Assembly (NCBI GenBank): GCA_032718475.1
Contig: JAUCBJ010008156.1
Coordinates: 27,696 to 91,695, forward strand
Length of the DNA: 64,000 bases
DNA from: Nemertoderma westbladi
Lineage: Eukaryota > Animalia > Xenacoelomorpha
Direction: 5' to 3'
Part shown: piece after piece, positions 38,071 through 50,100 of the stretch
Position numbering within the stretch: the stretch's first letter is position 1
Layout: each line of letters starts with the position of its first letter
Made by a program: the position numbers and the translations under genes
The notes under the pieces: generated by a model
Database searches by the model: none
Told to the model about the DNA's origin: nothing
What the model saw: the letters and a program-made list of their open reading frames with translations, nothing else

Positions 38071-38820
38071 GTCTTATTATATACGTCAAGTACGGGTAAT
38101 AAAATGTCAAAGTGTCTGAATGTTGTAGTGTCAAACTTACCTTGGTATATATAGTATATATATACCCTAACCAGTACAAATAAATCAACAAGTCAGAATG
38201 TCGAAATGTCAAAATGTCGAAATGTACAAATGTCAAACTTACCTTGATATATATATATCATATATATACCCTAACCGGTACAAATAAACTAACAAGGTAT
38301 ATAATAAAATAAGTAGTAATCTAGCCTACCGGCTAAATTTGTACGAATAAATGAGATAACGATATACGTTAACAAAATATAGATCAACAAGTACGAATAA
38401 TAGGCTAAACAGCAACGTCTAACGGGAAAATAAGTACCAACAACACTACTAATAGACAGTGAAACCCACAAATTTTGAGTACTACTGTGCTTTCTTAAGT
38501 TTGAACGACGCGAGTCGTAAAACTTACGTTCCTTTGATCTTCCAGTCGTACAAAATCCCAAATACAAACCGGATGTGAGTCTTTCCGTTTTTCGGCGGCG
38601 CGGACGAATTTATTGTCTCCCAAACTTTGCGAAAAGCGGTCTAATCCTCGAAGCGGTCCAGAAATGAGTCCTTGAGTCCTGATAAGGTCGAAGGTGAGAG
38701 TTTTACTTCTACGCTTACGAAAAATCTTCCTAGGTACCGATACAAATTGGTCTTTAAACCCTATGTACCTTTTCAAGTACCGAAAAGTAACACCGCACAC
38801 ACACGGCGTAAAACAAAGTG

Positions 38821-41800
38821 CTACTACTACTACTACTAGGATCGGCATGCTGCATTGCAGCTGCATTTTTAAGAATGCTGTGCCGGCTTGTCAACAAAAT
38901 TGCACCGCCACAACTCCCTATCACCCATGACATTTGCTAGATCATCCGCATCTTTAAGGCCAGTGTCCTTTAAGATGCGTCTCAAGAAAGTCATGGGCTG
39001 TCCACCATGCTTATTCACTCCATGAGGCTGCCAAAGTACAAGATTATGCACTGGCTGGTCCTCACGGCGAAAGCAATGTCCTGCAAAGCGGAGGCGATTT
39101 TGTTCTAGTGTCAAGCTTGGGGGAACCAATGAGACACCTCCAATGTTATATAGTGTCTGGTTGGAGATGTGTGCATTGTACTTGACACAATGTACCCGGC
39201 GTAGCATTCTTGTGAATGTGCCATCCAGAGATTTGGTGTCCTCAGCAGTTAGAGCCCAGCATGGACTCCCGTAGAGGAGTACTGGAACTACTGCTGCTCT
39301 AAATAATCGGACCTTAAGTTTCCGATTAATTCTAGGTGACTTCCAAATCCTGGAAAGCCTATTCAAGGCTGCCCATGCCTTTCCCTTACGTATTCGAAGG
39401 TCCTCACCTGACTTCCGGATCCATGATCCCAGGTAACAGAAGTCGTCCACATGCTCAAGCATACCATCCTTTGAGCTTATGCTCATCCGATCAGAGACTT
39501 GCTGAGGACTTTCAAAGTTAACTGTCAGAATTTTGGTCTTTCTGGAGTTAATAAAAAGACCAACACTAGAAGCAGCATGTTCTAATGAGCTGAGGAGCCG
39601 CTGGGCTCCCTCTAATGATTCTGAGAGTACTCCTAAGTCATCAGCAAAGTCTAGATCAGTTAGGTACTTGGCAGGATTTCCTCGACTTCTGGAGCCAGTA
39701 GGTGGAGTTATCATCACCCCATCATCATTATGATGATCTAAGGAAATGCGTAGAACATAGTCAACCACAATAATGAACAAGAATGGTGCAAGTGTGTCTC
39801 CTTGGAGGACGCCCCATAACACTTCAAATGGTTCTGTGTCACCGTCAACAGTAGACACAAATGTTGTCGAACCATCGTATACTGATCTGATTGCTGCAAT
39901 AATTTCATCAGGAATCCCATATAATGAAAGTATGCTGAACATACGTGAGCGAGAGACTGAATCAAAGGCCTTGAAGAAGTCAACAAAGATAACAGCCAGA
40001 TGCCTGTCTTTCTTTTTTGATAACTCTTCAATTATCCTTCTAAGTGCCAAAATGGGCTCCATGGTCCCACGACCTTTACGGAACCCATTCTGATTTCCAC
40101 GTAGCAGTCTCTCAATGGGATCCCTGATGCGATTTAATAGAATTCTATTGTATAGTTTTGCAGCAATCGAGATCAATGAGATTCCCCGAAAAGAACCATA
40201 GAGTGTTAGGTTGCCCTTCTTGGGAACTGGCACCAACTTATTTGTTTTCATTTCTTGTGGGACTCGTGTTGTACGGTACATGTCTACTATGATGGGATAG
40301 ATGAGCTTTAAACACTCAGGTATTTTAAAGACCTCAGGGGGAACACCATCTACTCCACTGGCACGATTGGTCTTAATGCTCTTTGCAGCAGCCTTCACTT
40401 CTGCAAAGGAGATATCGCCAATGGGAATATCTGGGAGTACAGACTCAGACACTTTTACTTCTATAAAGTTATCAGGCAATACCCTGTCATTATTGAGGAG
40501 CTTTTCAAAGTGGGCTTTCCAACCATTGAGGCGATCGGCTGGTGATTCAGCCTTAACCTTGGTGGTTGGTTGGCTTTTCCGCCCAGTAAGCAGATTGATC
40601 GATTTCCATGCCTGGGATGATTGCCTGCTGTCGTCAGCATCATTGATGGCATCAACCTGTTGGTTTATTAGCTCCTGTAGATTAACAGAGTACTGCCTGT
40701 TCAGGGACCTAGATGCAGCTTTAACTGCATTCTTGGCCGCTGTAGTCTGTTTGAGTCGGGACTCTTTCTGCGCCTTATGAAGGTCATTTCGGCACTTCTG
40801 AATTTTGTTGTCAGTCCAGGGGGCCCTTTTCCTGTTTCGAGGGTATACAGGAACTGTTTCTGCAGCTGCTAACTTAACTGCTTCTGTAAAGGCAGTATAG
40901 CCCTCACAGTGATCTGCCGCCTCAGAGGCAAGAGCCTCATACCTGTTGCTCAGCTGTAGTGTGAAGCTGGATCTCACACTTGGCTGTTGCAACAGAGAGG
41001 ACCAGTCATGCCGTGGCAAGGCAGATTTCGTTGTTCTGCTAGCACGCAGACTAAGTCTTACCTTGGCCACAATAAGGCGGTGATCACTGGAGAAGGGTCG
41101 AAGTGTAAATGCATTACAGTCTTGTATAGAGCTCCTGTATTTCCTACGAAACAGAATATGGTCTATCTGGGACTTGTGACCACTGGGTCCACTATGAGTC
41201 CATAGCTTTCCAGTTCGCTTCTTGAACTGGGTTCCAGCCGAAAACAATCCATTTCCAGAGATAAAATCCTGAAGATGGACAGAATTTCGGTTAACACTAT
41301 TGCTATAGACCCAGGGCGATGTAGGTGATTGATGCAGACTTGCATTAAAGTCTCCCAGGAATGTTAAGAATGCATGCTGATCCACTCCATCAGTTGCTGC
41401 TTGTAGATTGTGGTAGAAATTTTCCACCTCCTCTACAGGGGCAACACTAGTTGGAGAGTAGCACACAATCAGAACCACCTTAGGAAACTTCTTAGCCAGT
41501 CTTCCAGAACATGAGAAGTGGCAACGGATGATGCGGTTAGAGATTTGGTCTATTTTGTCCAATGCTGCATGTGCAGTTGGATTCATCAATAGACCAATTC
41601 CACCATTGCCACTATCATCTGCTGACGCGAGGGCGAGTCGCCAACCGCCCCCCATGTCCTTAATCAGAACCTCATCAGTCTGTCCAGTCTGCATTCGGTG
41701 CTCTTGAACACCCACTGCGCTAAGAGAAAGCTTATCTGCCAAGGCAGTCAGCTCACCTTGTCGCATTGGGGACCCGAGTGTTAGGGTGTTTACTGAGGCT

Positions 41801-42592
41801 AGTCTAGTGACTTGCCTCAGATTCACCAATGGCTTTGTTGGTCGGGGTGGAACATGAGAGTAGCCTCCAACTCCAGAATCCCTCTCCCCATCACAATCTG
41901 GCCTCCCTGGTGACCCAGGGTTTGGGCCAGAAAGGTCATCAGGAAAGGGACTCAAAGAATTGTTGGCTGCTCTCTCTCCAGTAGGGGGTGAGACAGGCAG
42001 CCGGTCAGGAGTTAACTGACGCCTGTGAGGCCGATTGTGTCCGGTAATTCCACTGGCCTCTAGTGGCCGGACCTCCGCATTGCTAATGTAATCCATAGTG
42101 GGGGTTGGGGGGTGCTTTTTTGCCGAGTCAGCTCTCGGGGCAAATACCACACCCTGGTTTGCCATTCCACAGGGTGGGTGTCGCAATGGAGTCAGATATG
42201 AGGCCCATCACCCATATCTACTCTGGCGTACATGACCCACCATTGGCTGTTGCAGCTCATCTGCTGGGTCATGCCCTGTACCCTTGCTGCCAGCTGCAGG
42301 TCGCAGTGAAGTGCCCTCAGAGTGGACATGAGAACACTCTACTCCTAACCAGCCATTGGTAGATCACCATCTGCCTGGTCAGGCCATATACCCCTGCAGC
42401 CAAGTATATGGGTCCTTAATCCAGGACCAAGGGCGTCCTTATCCCAGAACGAAGGGGGTCCTAGTTACAGGACCAGATTTGCCCTAGTAAGAGGGTCTAT
42501 GCAGCTACAGGTGGCACCTCCTTTATGCTGCATGGAGGTGGCAAGTTTTCTTGATCAATGACCTAGAATACCTGACCTGACAATGTGCTACA
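38821..42592 (-). mobile_element. RTE copy 2, full length, inserted in the 5' UTR of element B
   Basis: (TAG)n tail; probable TSD AAAGTGCTAC (38815-38824 and 42593-42602); ~400-nt 5' leader. Confidence 0.95.
38869..42186 (-). CDS. Intact RTE APE-RT ORF (up to 1105 aa; true start uncertain)
   Basis: Uninterrupted frame with LGDFNA, SDH, QNGFRKGR, GVLQGD, DFADDL. Confidence 0.95.
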   Translation of the reverse strand: MRHPPCGMANQGVVFAPRADSAKKHPPTPTMDYISNAEVRPLEASGITGHNRPHRRQLTPDRLPVSPPTGERAANNSLSPFPDDLSGPNPGSPGRPDCDGERDSGVGGYSHVPPRPTKPLVNLRQVTRLASVNTLTLGSPMRQGELTALADKLSLSAVGVQEHRMQTGQTDEVLIKDMGGGWRLALASADDSGNGGIGLLMNPTAHAALDKIDQISNRIIRCHFSCSGRLAKKFPKVVLIVCYSPTSVAPVEEVENFYHNLQAATDGVDQHAFLTFLGDFNASLHQSPTSPWVYSNSVNRNSVHLQDFISGNGLFSAGTQFKKRTGKLWTHSGPSGHKSQIDHILFRRKYRSSIQDCNAFTLRPFSSDHRLIVAKVRLSLRASRTTKSALPRHDWSSLLQQPSVRSSFTLQLSNRYEALASEAADHCEGYTAFTEAVKLAAAETVPVYPRNRKRAPWTDNKIQKCRNDLHKAQKESRLKQTTAAKNAVKAASRSLNRQYSVNLQELINQQVDAINDADDSRQSSQAWKSINLLTGRKSQPTTKVKAESPADRLNGWKAHFEKLLNNDRVLPDNFIEVKVSESVLPDIPIGDISFAEVKAAAKSIKTNRASGVDGVPPEVFKIPECLKLIYPIIVDMYRTTRVPQEMKTNKLVPVPKKGNLTLYGSFRGISLISIAAKLYNRILLNRIRDPIERLLRGNQNGFRKGRGTMEPILALRRIIEELSKKKDRHLAVIFVDFFKAFDSVSRSRMFSILSLYGIPDEIIAAIRSVYDGSTTFVSTVDGDTEPFEVLWGVLQGDTLAPFLFIIVVDYVLRISLDHHNDDGVMITPPTGSRSRGNPAKYLTDLDFADDLGVLSESLEGAQRLLSSLEHAASSVGLFINSRKTKILTVNFESPQQVSDRMSISSKDGMLEHVDDFCYLGSWIRKSGEDLRIRKGKAWAALNRLSRIWKSPRINRKLKVRLFRAAVVPVLLYGSPCWALTAEDTKSLDGTFTRMLRRVHCVKYNAHISNQTLYNIGGVSLVPPSLTLEQNRLRFAGHCFRREDQPVHNLVLWQPHGVNKHGGQPMTFLRRILKDTGLKDADDLANVMGDRELWRCNFVDKPAQHS

Positions 42593-44696
42593 AAAGTGCT
42601 ACAAACTAACTGTTAGCTAGTCAAATATTAAATACGAAAGTACTAGCTACCCTAAAAGCCTACTGAAGCAGGGGACGTTCTAAATTACTAAATTTACTAA
42701 CCTTAAATTTTAAATATCTCCTACTTTCAATAGCTAGCAGATCTAAACAATACTATACACTAATTTCAGAATTTGTATAATATACTTCCTACTATTGTAG
42801 TGCGCACGCACTACAAAGCGTACAGATCTAACAATACTATACACTAATTTATATAGTACTTCCTACTGTAAGGTAGGAATACTATACACTATGGTAGAAA
42901 TACTATATACTAATTTATATAAAATACTTCCTACTGTAAGGGTCCAGTAGTATACCGCTTACCAGATCCTAGTAACGATGTATCTTACTATGAGACTCTA
43001 GTAATGTATACGGGCTCGTACAGTATCTGACAACAAATCCCAGTCCAGGATATCTAAACAAACAGATACAATACACAAACGACTACTGGCGAGGAACAGA
43101 GCCTAGTATCTATTCTATGTACGTGAGCGGGTTTAATGCCTACGTACTAGACAAAAGGATACCTGTCCTCTAACCGGTGAGGCAGATGTACAGTTACAGT
43201 AACAGACCAAACTCACGGGAAAACAATCCCCGCGCAGCGAATCCTAACTATCACTGACAGTCCTAAATACAGTAACTTGCCGCGGTGTGATTTATATACG
43301 AACTAGGTGGTTAACAGACCTAGTGTAACAATGCTGATTACCCCTGTCTAAATCAGCCTAAAAGGTCGTGCCTAAATGTAACGATAACTGATCCCCCTGT
43401 ACGAAATCAGTCTAAAGGGTCAGGCCTAAATGTAACAATAACTGCTGGACAGAAATCAACAGTTTATAACGAAAGTGAAATACTCTCTCTTGCCGCAACT
43501 AAATATCAGATCCTAATTTTACAAATACAGATAATTTCTACCTAAAATAATGTATAGTGCGCTATAGCTAGTAGAACTCTAAGGGCAATCAATGTGTTTT
43601 AGGGCGTGTGTGTGTGGGTGTGTTACAAATAAAACAATTTCGTGTATTTCTTTTTACTAGGTTTTAGTGATTTTCTGACTGAAATGATACCGTGCGCTAG
43701 CTACTAAAATAAACTAGTCGCGTTTGTAGAACTTTATACTCACAAAATGACGTCAAAGCTCTCTCCTTCCTATCCACAACCCAATGGGCAACCACAGTGT
43801 TAGTAACTACACCCGTGATCGGCACTAATACCAGATTCTGGTTGTAAGATAAGGAATAGGGGTTAATTGCTACCGTACGTTAGCTGATCTGGTATACTAA
43901 TTTAATTCTAGAACTTTGTTGCTGCGGTAGTTAGCAGCAATACCTATCAGTACGTGGCAAGGCGCGGTAGGATATTAATAAACCTCCCTAGGCCAAGCAG
44001 TGTGCCGGTAGCAGCAATACTCCTTGCCTGATCAAATAGCTAACTCCAGACAGGGGGGGGGGGGGGGGGTACTAATGTACGTTCTACAAAGCGAACCGGT
44101 ACCAAACAGTCAGTGCTACGAATCACTAAATTATGGAACATATGCTGTCCGTACCTAATATGTACTCGCGTACTGACGAATGGCAATAGTTCGCACCTGT
44201 AGGAAGTACAGGTTAACCCAGGGGTTCGTAGGACTGACAAAGGGGGGGGGGGGTGTTTCTGTCTGAATATAATTATTTGATCCTAAATTTGCGGCGTCCA
44301 GTACGGCGTCACGCTTACCCTGATCTATAGGTCTTACGGCGGGCAAGGGCGTCGAACAAAGTCTTACCTTCTCACAAAGCGGGCGCTGCATAGCAAGTGG
44401 AGTATTTCGAAGGGCAAAGGGGGTGCGCGGTCAATCCAAATGTGGGCGATAGTGTGTTGTGGACATCTCTTCCCTGCGTTGCTTACCGCCTAACGGTCTA
44501 GGCTGCCATCTCCCTGATGTTTGGCTGTCCCAAAGTTGGACCAAAAGAAAACATGTTCAGGAATTTGCAGTATATTTACAGTTTTTACAAAGGATTTATC
44601 AAAATAAAGTTTCAACAAGAAACCGAAATAACTAATAACAATTTAGAATAACGTTATAAGGAGAATTTTACAAAGTGGTAAGAAGTCGTAGAAGGG

Positions 44697-44965
44697 TGAT
44701 AACCGAAGGCAAACCGGCCTTTTATACTAAATATCGCACATGGAAACTAAACAGAATTTTCCACAGCTTCACATTTGAGCAATAAAGTGCTTCGTGCCCT
44801 ATGATTGGCCCAGCTCATCGTTCAACGCAGTCCGGCCCTTACACTAATCTGGGACATGGAATCCTAACAGAATTTTCCACTGCCTCACATTTGAGCAATA
44901 AGATAATTTATGCCCTATGATTGGCCTGGCTCATCATTCGCTACGTTGTACGCTTCTCATTGGCC
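44697..44965 (-). promoter_or_regulatory. Predicted Pol II promoter of LTR B: three CCAAT boxes, TATAAAAG (44726-44719), TCA initiator near 44697
   Basis: Motifs are visible with typical ~30-nt TATA-to-start spacing; two CCAAT boxes lie in a ~117-bp tandem duplication. Confidence 0.6.
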
Positions 44966-45010
44966 TACCAATTAGCACCAAACGAAAATAAATGGTCCCA
45001 AAATACAATT

Positions 45011-45080
45011 TTCCCGACCGGGATTCGAACTCGTAACCTATGTAATGTAACCAACGCCTTAACCATCTGACCACTACGCC
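45011..45080 (-). ncRNA. tRNA-derived Pol III A/B-box cassette in the 5' LTR
   Basis: Same sequence as 28431..28500. Confidence 0.7.
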
Positions 45081-46039
45081 ACGAGAGTACCTAAGGGTTT
45101 TATGTGTACAAATATGAATAGGCATATTACATTACTGTAACTCAATCAAAATACGTCGGATTTTCGAAAGTTTTTACGTTAAAGTTAAACTACAAATGCT
45201 ATCTTATAGTGAAATAATTCATCACCCTGTGTTTTCTGAGTTGTAACACTGAGTACAAGTTGGGAATAGTAACCCCAATTGTCTCACACTTTCTCAAGTC
45301 ACTGGCACTGTCTCCTCGAAAGTTACAAGTATTCAACTATTTCTGTAGGTAGTAACATGAAAAAACGCCGCTTAGAGCCTAAAAACACACTCCCACCTAT
45401 TATAATCGCATGTAGTTAAATAACTCTGGAAGCCCTGTGTATTCTGAGTTGTAACACTGTGTACAAGTTGGGAATAGTAACCCCAATTGTCTCACACTTT
45501 CTAAAGTCACTGGCACTGTCTCCTCAAAAGTTACAAGTATTTAACTGTTTCTCTAGGTAGTAACATGAAAAAACGCCGCTTATAGCCTAAAAACACACTC
45601 CCACCTATTATAATCGAATGTAGTTAAATAACTCTGGAAGCCCTGTGTTTTCTGAGTTGTAACACTGTGTACAAATTGGGAATAGTAACCCCAATTGTCT
45701 CACACTTTCTCAAGTCACTGGCACTGTCTCCTCGAAAGTTACAAGTATTCAACTATTTCTGTAGGTAGTAACATGAAAAAACGCCGCTTATAGCCTAAAA
45801 ACACACTCCCACCTATTATAATCGAATGTAGTTAAATAACTCTGGAAGCCCTGTGTATTCTGAGTTGTAACACTGTGTACAAGTTGGGAATAGTAACCCC
45901 AATTGTCTCACACTTTCTAAAGTCACTGGCACTGTCTCCTCAAAAGTTACAAGTATTTAACTGTTTCTGTAGGTAGTAACATGAAAAAACGCCGCTTATA
46001 GCCTAAAAACACACTCCCACCTATTATAATCGAATGTAG

Positions 46040-47154
46040 AATTTTCAGACCAAAAAGTCGAATTTTTGAAACATATCCTATCTGATGGAGAATTTCATGC
46101 TGAATCCAAATATGGAAACCGTTTTCCCATATCTTGCTTAGTTTTCGAGATATCTGGGATAGAAGATACTGGCTCCGATGTATCGCGATATCGGTAAAGG
46201 CGATGAAGTTTGGGGTTTGCATTCAATTTCTGAATATTTCTGTGCTCAGTGGTGCTAATTGGATGTCTCCACGAGAAAGAGCACAAAATTTTAACTGAGA
46301 AGATATTTTTTTATGATTATTGGACCTACTGATCAGTTTATAAGACAACTTCAAGTCTCCGGAATGAAGATGGGACTCGAATAAGCGACTCTGCAGTCAT
46401 TGCGGGATTACACGGAATAGACTTATCGGTCATCGGAGATCTTCAAAATGTATAATCTCCAGTTCTAGTGGTCGTACGAAGTTCGTTTTGGGCTCATTCG
46501 AAAGCTCTTTTCTCAGAGACTAAAGTTACCATTTGGTTTGGCAAACTCTTGAAAGCTGCCTGAGCAATCATAACTTGAACAAAATTTGCAAGGCATATTT
46601 TACCCAAATTCATGTTATATTGCTTTACAACCATTTTGTCGTAAATCAAATGGTAACTTTGTTCTCTAAGAAAAGAGCTTTCAAATGAGCCTAAAACGAA
46701 CTTCGTACGACCACTAGAACTGGAGATTATACATTTTGAAGATCTCCGATGACCAATAAGTCTATTCTGTGTAATCGCGCAAAGACCGCGGAGTCGCTTA
46801 TTCGAGTCCAGTCTTCTTTCCGGAGACTTGAAGTTATCTTATAAACTGATCAGTAGGTCCAATAATCATAAAAAATACCTTCTCAATTAAAATTTTGTGC
46901 TCTTTCTTGTGGAGACATCCAATTGGCACCACTGAGCACAGAAATATGCAGAAATTGAATGCAAACCCCAAACTTCATCGCCTTTACCGATATCGCGATA
47001 TATCGGAGCCAGTATCTTCTATCCCAGATATCTCGAAAACTAAGCAAGATATCGGAAAACGGTTTCCATATTTGGATTCAGCATGAAATTCTGCATCATA
47101 TAGGATATGTTTCAAAAATTCGTCTTTTTGGTCCGAAAATGCGCTACCCCCCCC
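46040..47154. mobile_element. Kolobok-like foldback MITE with ~500-bp inverted arms; left tip deleted
   Basis: 46041-~46540 is the reverse complement of ~46645-47140; right end CCCCCCCC|TTAA (RR terminus plus TTAA target is typical of Kolobok). Confidence 0.8.
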
Positions 47155-50100
47155 TTAAATAACTCTGGAAGCCCTGTGTTTTCTGAGTTGTAACACTGTG
47201 TACAAGTTGGGAATAGTAACCCCAATTGTCTCACACTTTCTCAAGTCACTGGCACTGTCTCCTCGAAAGTTACAAGTATTCAACTGTTTCTGTAGGTAGT
47301 AACATGAAAAAACTCCGCTTATAGCCTAAAAACACACTCCCACCAATTATAATTGTATGTAGTTAAATAACTCTGGAAGCCCTGTGTTTTCTGAGTTGTA
47401 ACACTGTGTACAAGTTGGGAATAGTAACCCCAATTGTCTCACACTTTCTAAAGTCACTGGCACTGTCTCCTCAAAAGTTACAAGTATTTAACTGTTTCTT
47501 TAGGTAGTAACATGAAAAAACGCCGCTTATAGCCTAAAAACACACTCCCACCAATTATAATTGTATGTAGTTAAATAACTCTGGAAGCCCTGTGTTTTCT
47601 GAGTTGTAACACTGTGTACAAATTGGGAATAGTAACCCCAATTGTCTCACACTTTCTAAAGTCACTGGCACTGTCTCCTCAAAAGTTACAAGTATTTAAC
47701 TGTTTCTGTAGGTAGTAACATGAAAAAACGCCGCTTATAGCCTAAAAACACACTCCCACCAATTATAATTGTATGTAGTTAAATAACTCTGGAAGCCCTG
47801 TGTTTTCTGAGTTGTAACACTGTGTACAAATTGGGAATAGTAACCCCAATTGTCTCGCACTTTCTCAAGTCACTGGCACTGTCTCCTCGAAAGTTACAAG
47901 TATTCAACTATTTCTGTAGGTAGTAACATGAAAAAACGCCGCTTATAGCCTAAAAACACACTCCCACCTATTATAATCGAATGTAGTTAAATAACTCTGG
48001 AAGCCCTGTGTATTCTGAGTTGTAACACTGTGTACAAGTTGGGAATAGTAACCCCAATTGTCTCACACTTTCTAAAGTCACTGGCACTGTCTCCTCAAAA
48101 GTTACAAGTATTTAACTGTTTCTGTAGGTAGTAACATGAAAAAACGCCGCTTATAGCCTAAAAACACACTCCCACCTATTATAATCGAATGTAGTTAAAT
48201 AACTCTGGAAGCCCTGTGTTTTCTGAGTTGTAACACTGTGTACAAGTTGGGAATAGTAACCCCAATTGTCTCACACTTTCTCAAGTCACTGGCACTGTCT
48301 CCTCGAAAGTTACAAGTATTCAACTGTTTCTGTAGGTAGTAACATGAAAAAACTCCGCTTATAGCCTAAAAACACACTCCCACCAATTATAATTGTATGT
48401 AGTTAAATAACTCTGGAAGCCCTGTGTTTTCTGAGTTGTAACACTGTGTACAAGTTGGGAATAGTAACCCCAATTGTCTCACACTTTCTAAAGTCACTGG
48501 CACTGTCTCCTCGAAAGTTACAAGTATTTAACTGTTTCTGTAGGTAGTAACATGAAAAAACGCCGCTTATAGCCTAAAAACACACTCCCACCAATTATAA
48601 TTGTATGTAGTTAAATAACTCTGGAAGCCCTGTGTTTTCTGAGTTGTAACACTGTGTACAAATTGGGAATAGTAACCCCAATTGTCTCACACTTTCTAAA
48701 GTCACTGGCACTGTCTCCTCAAAAGTTACAAGTATTTAACTGTTTCTGTAGGTAGTAACATGAAAAAACGCCGCTTATAGCCTAAAAACACACTCCCACC
48801 AATTATAATTGTATGTAGTTAAATAACTCTGGAAGCCCTGTGTTTTCTGAGTTGTAACACTGTGTACAAATTGGGAATAGTAACCCCAATTGTCTCGCAC
48901 TTTCTCAAGTCACTGGCACTGTCTCCTCGAAAGTTACAAGTATTCAACTATTTCTGTAGGTAGTAACATGAAAAAACGCCGCTTATAGCCTAAAAACACA
49001 CTCCCACCTATTATAATCGAATGTAGTTAAATAACTCTGGAAGCCCTGTGTTTTCTGAGTTGTAACACTGTGTACAAGTTGGGAATAGTAACCCCAATTG
49101 TCTCACACTTTCTCAAGTCACTGGCACTGTCTCCTCAAAAGTTACAAGTATTTAACTGTTTCTGTAGGTAGTAACATGAAAAAACGCCGCTTATAGCCTA
49201 AAAACACACTCCCACCTATTATAATCGAATGTAGTTAAATAACTCTGGAAGCCCTGTGTTTTCTGAGTTGTAACACTGTGTACAAGTTGGGAATAGTAAC
49301 CCCAATTGTCTCACACTTTCTCAAGTCACTGGCACTGTCTCCTCGAAAGTTACAAGTATTCAACTGTTTCTGTAGGTAGTAACATGAAAAAACGCCGCTT
49401 ATAGCCTAAAAACACACTCCCACCTATTATAATTCGTATGTAGTTAAATAACTCTGGAAGCCCTGTGTTTTCTGAGTTGTAACACTGTGTACAAATTGGG
49501 AATAGTAACCCCAATTGTCTCACACTTTCTCAAGTCACTGGCACTGTCTCCTCGAAAGTTACAAGTATTCAACTGTTTCTGTAGGTAGTAACATGAAAAA
49601 ACGCCGCTTAGAGCCTAAAAACACACTCCCACCTATTATAATCGAATATAGTTAAATAACTCTGGAAGCCCTGTGTTTTCTGAGTTGTAACACTGTGTAC
49701 AAATTGGGAATAGTAACCCCAATTGTCTCACACTTTCTCAAGTCACTGGCACTGTCTCCTCGAAAGTTACAAGTATTTAACTGTTTCTGTAGGTAGTAAC
49801 ATGAAAAAACGCCGCTTATAGCCTAAAAACACACTCCCACCTATTATATTCGAATGTAGTTAAATAACTCTGGAAGCCCTGTGTTTTCTGAGTTGTAACA
49901 CTGTGTACAAATTGGGAATAGTAACCCCAATTGTCTCACACTTTCTCAAGTCACTGGCACTGTCTCCTCGAAAGTTACAAGTATTCAACTGTTTCTGTAG
50001 GTAGTAACATGAAAAAACGCCGCTTATAGCCTAAAAACACACTCCCACCTATTATAATCGAATGTAGTTAAATAACTCTGGAAGCCCTGTGTTTTCTGAG

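Larger units (their letters stand above)
26372..45224 (-). mobile_element. BEL/Pao LTR retrotransposon B with two ~2.3-kb LTRs, 5-bp TSD CCCTG and a nested RTE
   Basis: TG...CA LTRs; CCCTG at 26367-26371 and 45225-45229; gag-PR-RT-RH-IN order with Pao motifs. Confidence 0.96.
42935..45224 (-). repeat. 5' LTR of element B (2290 bp)
   Basis: Near-identical to 26372..28644. Confidence 0.96.

Noticed and set aside
29333-38154. Plus-strand ORFs antisense to element B (and similar ones opposite the RTE copies)
   Set aside because: Shadows of the coding strand with no independent motifs.
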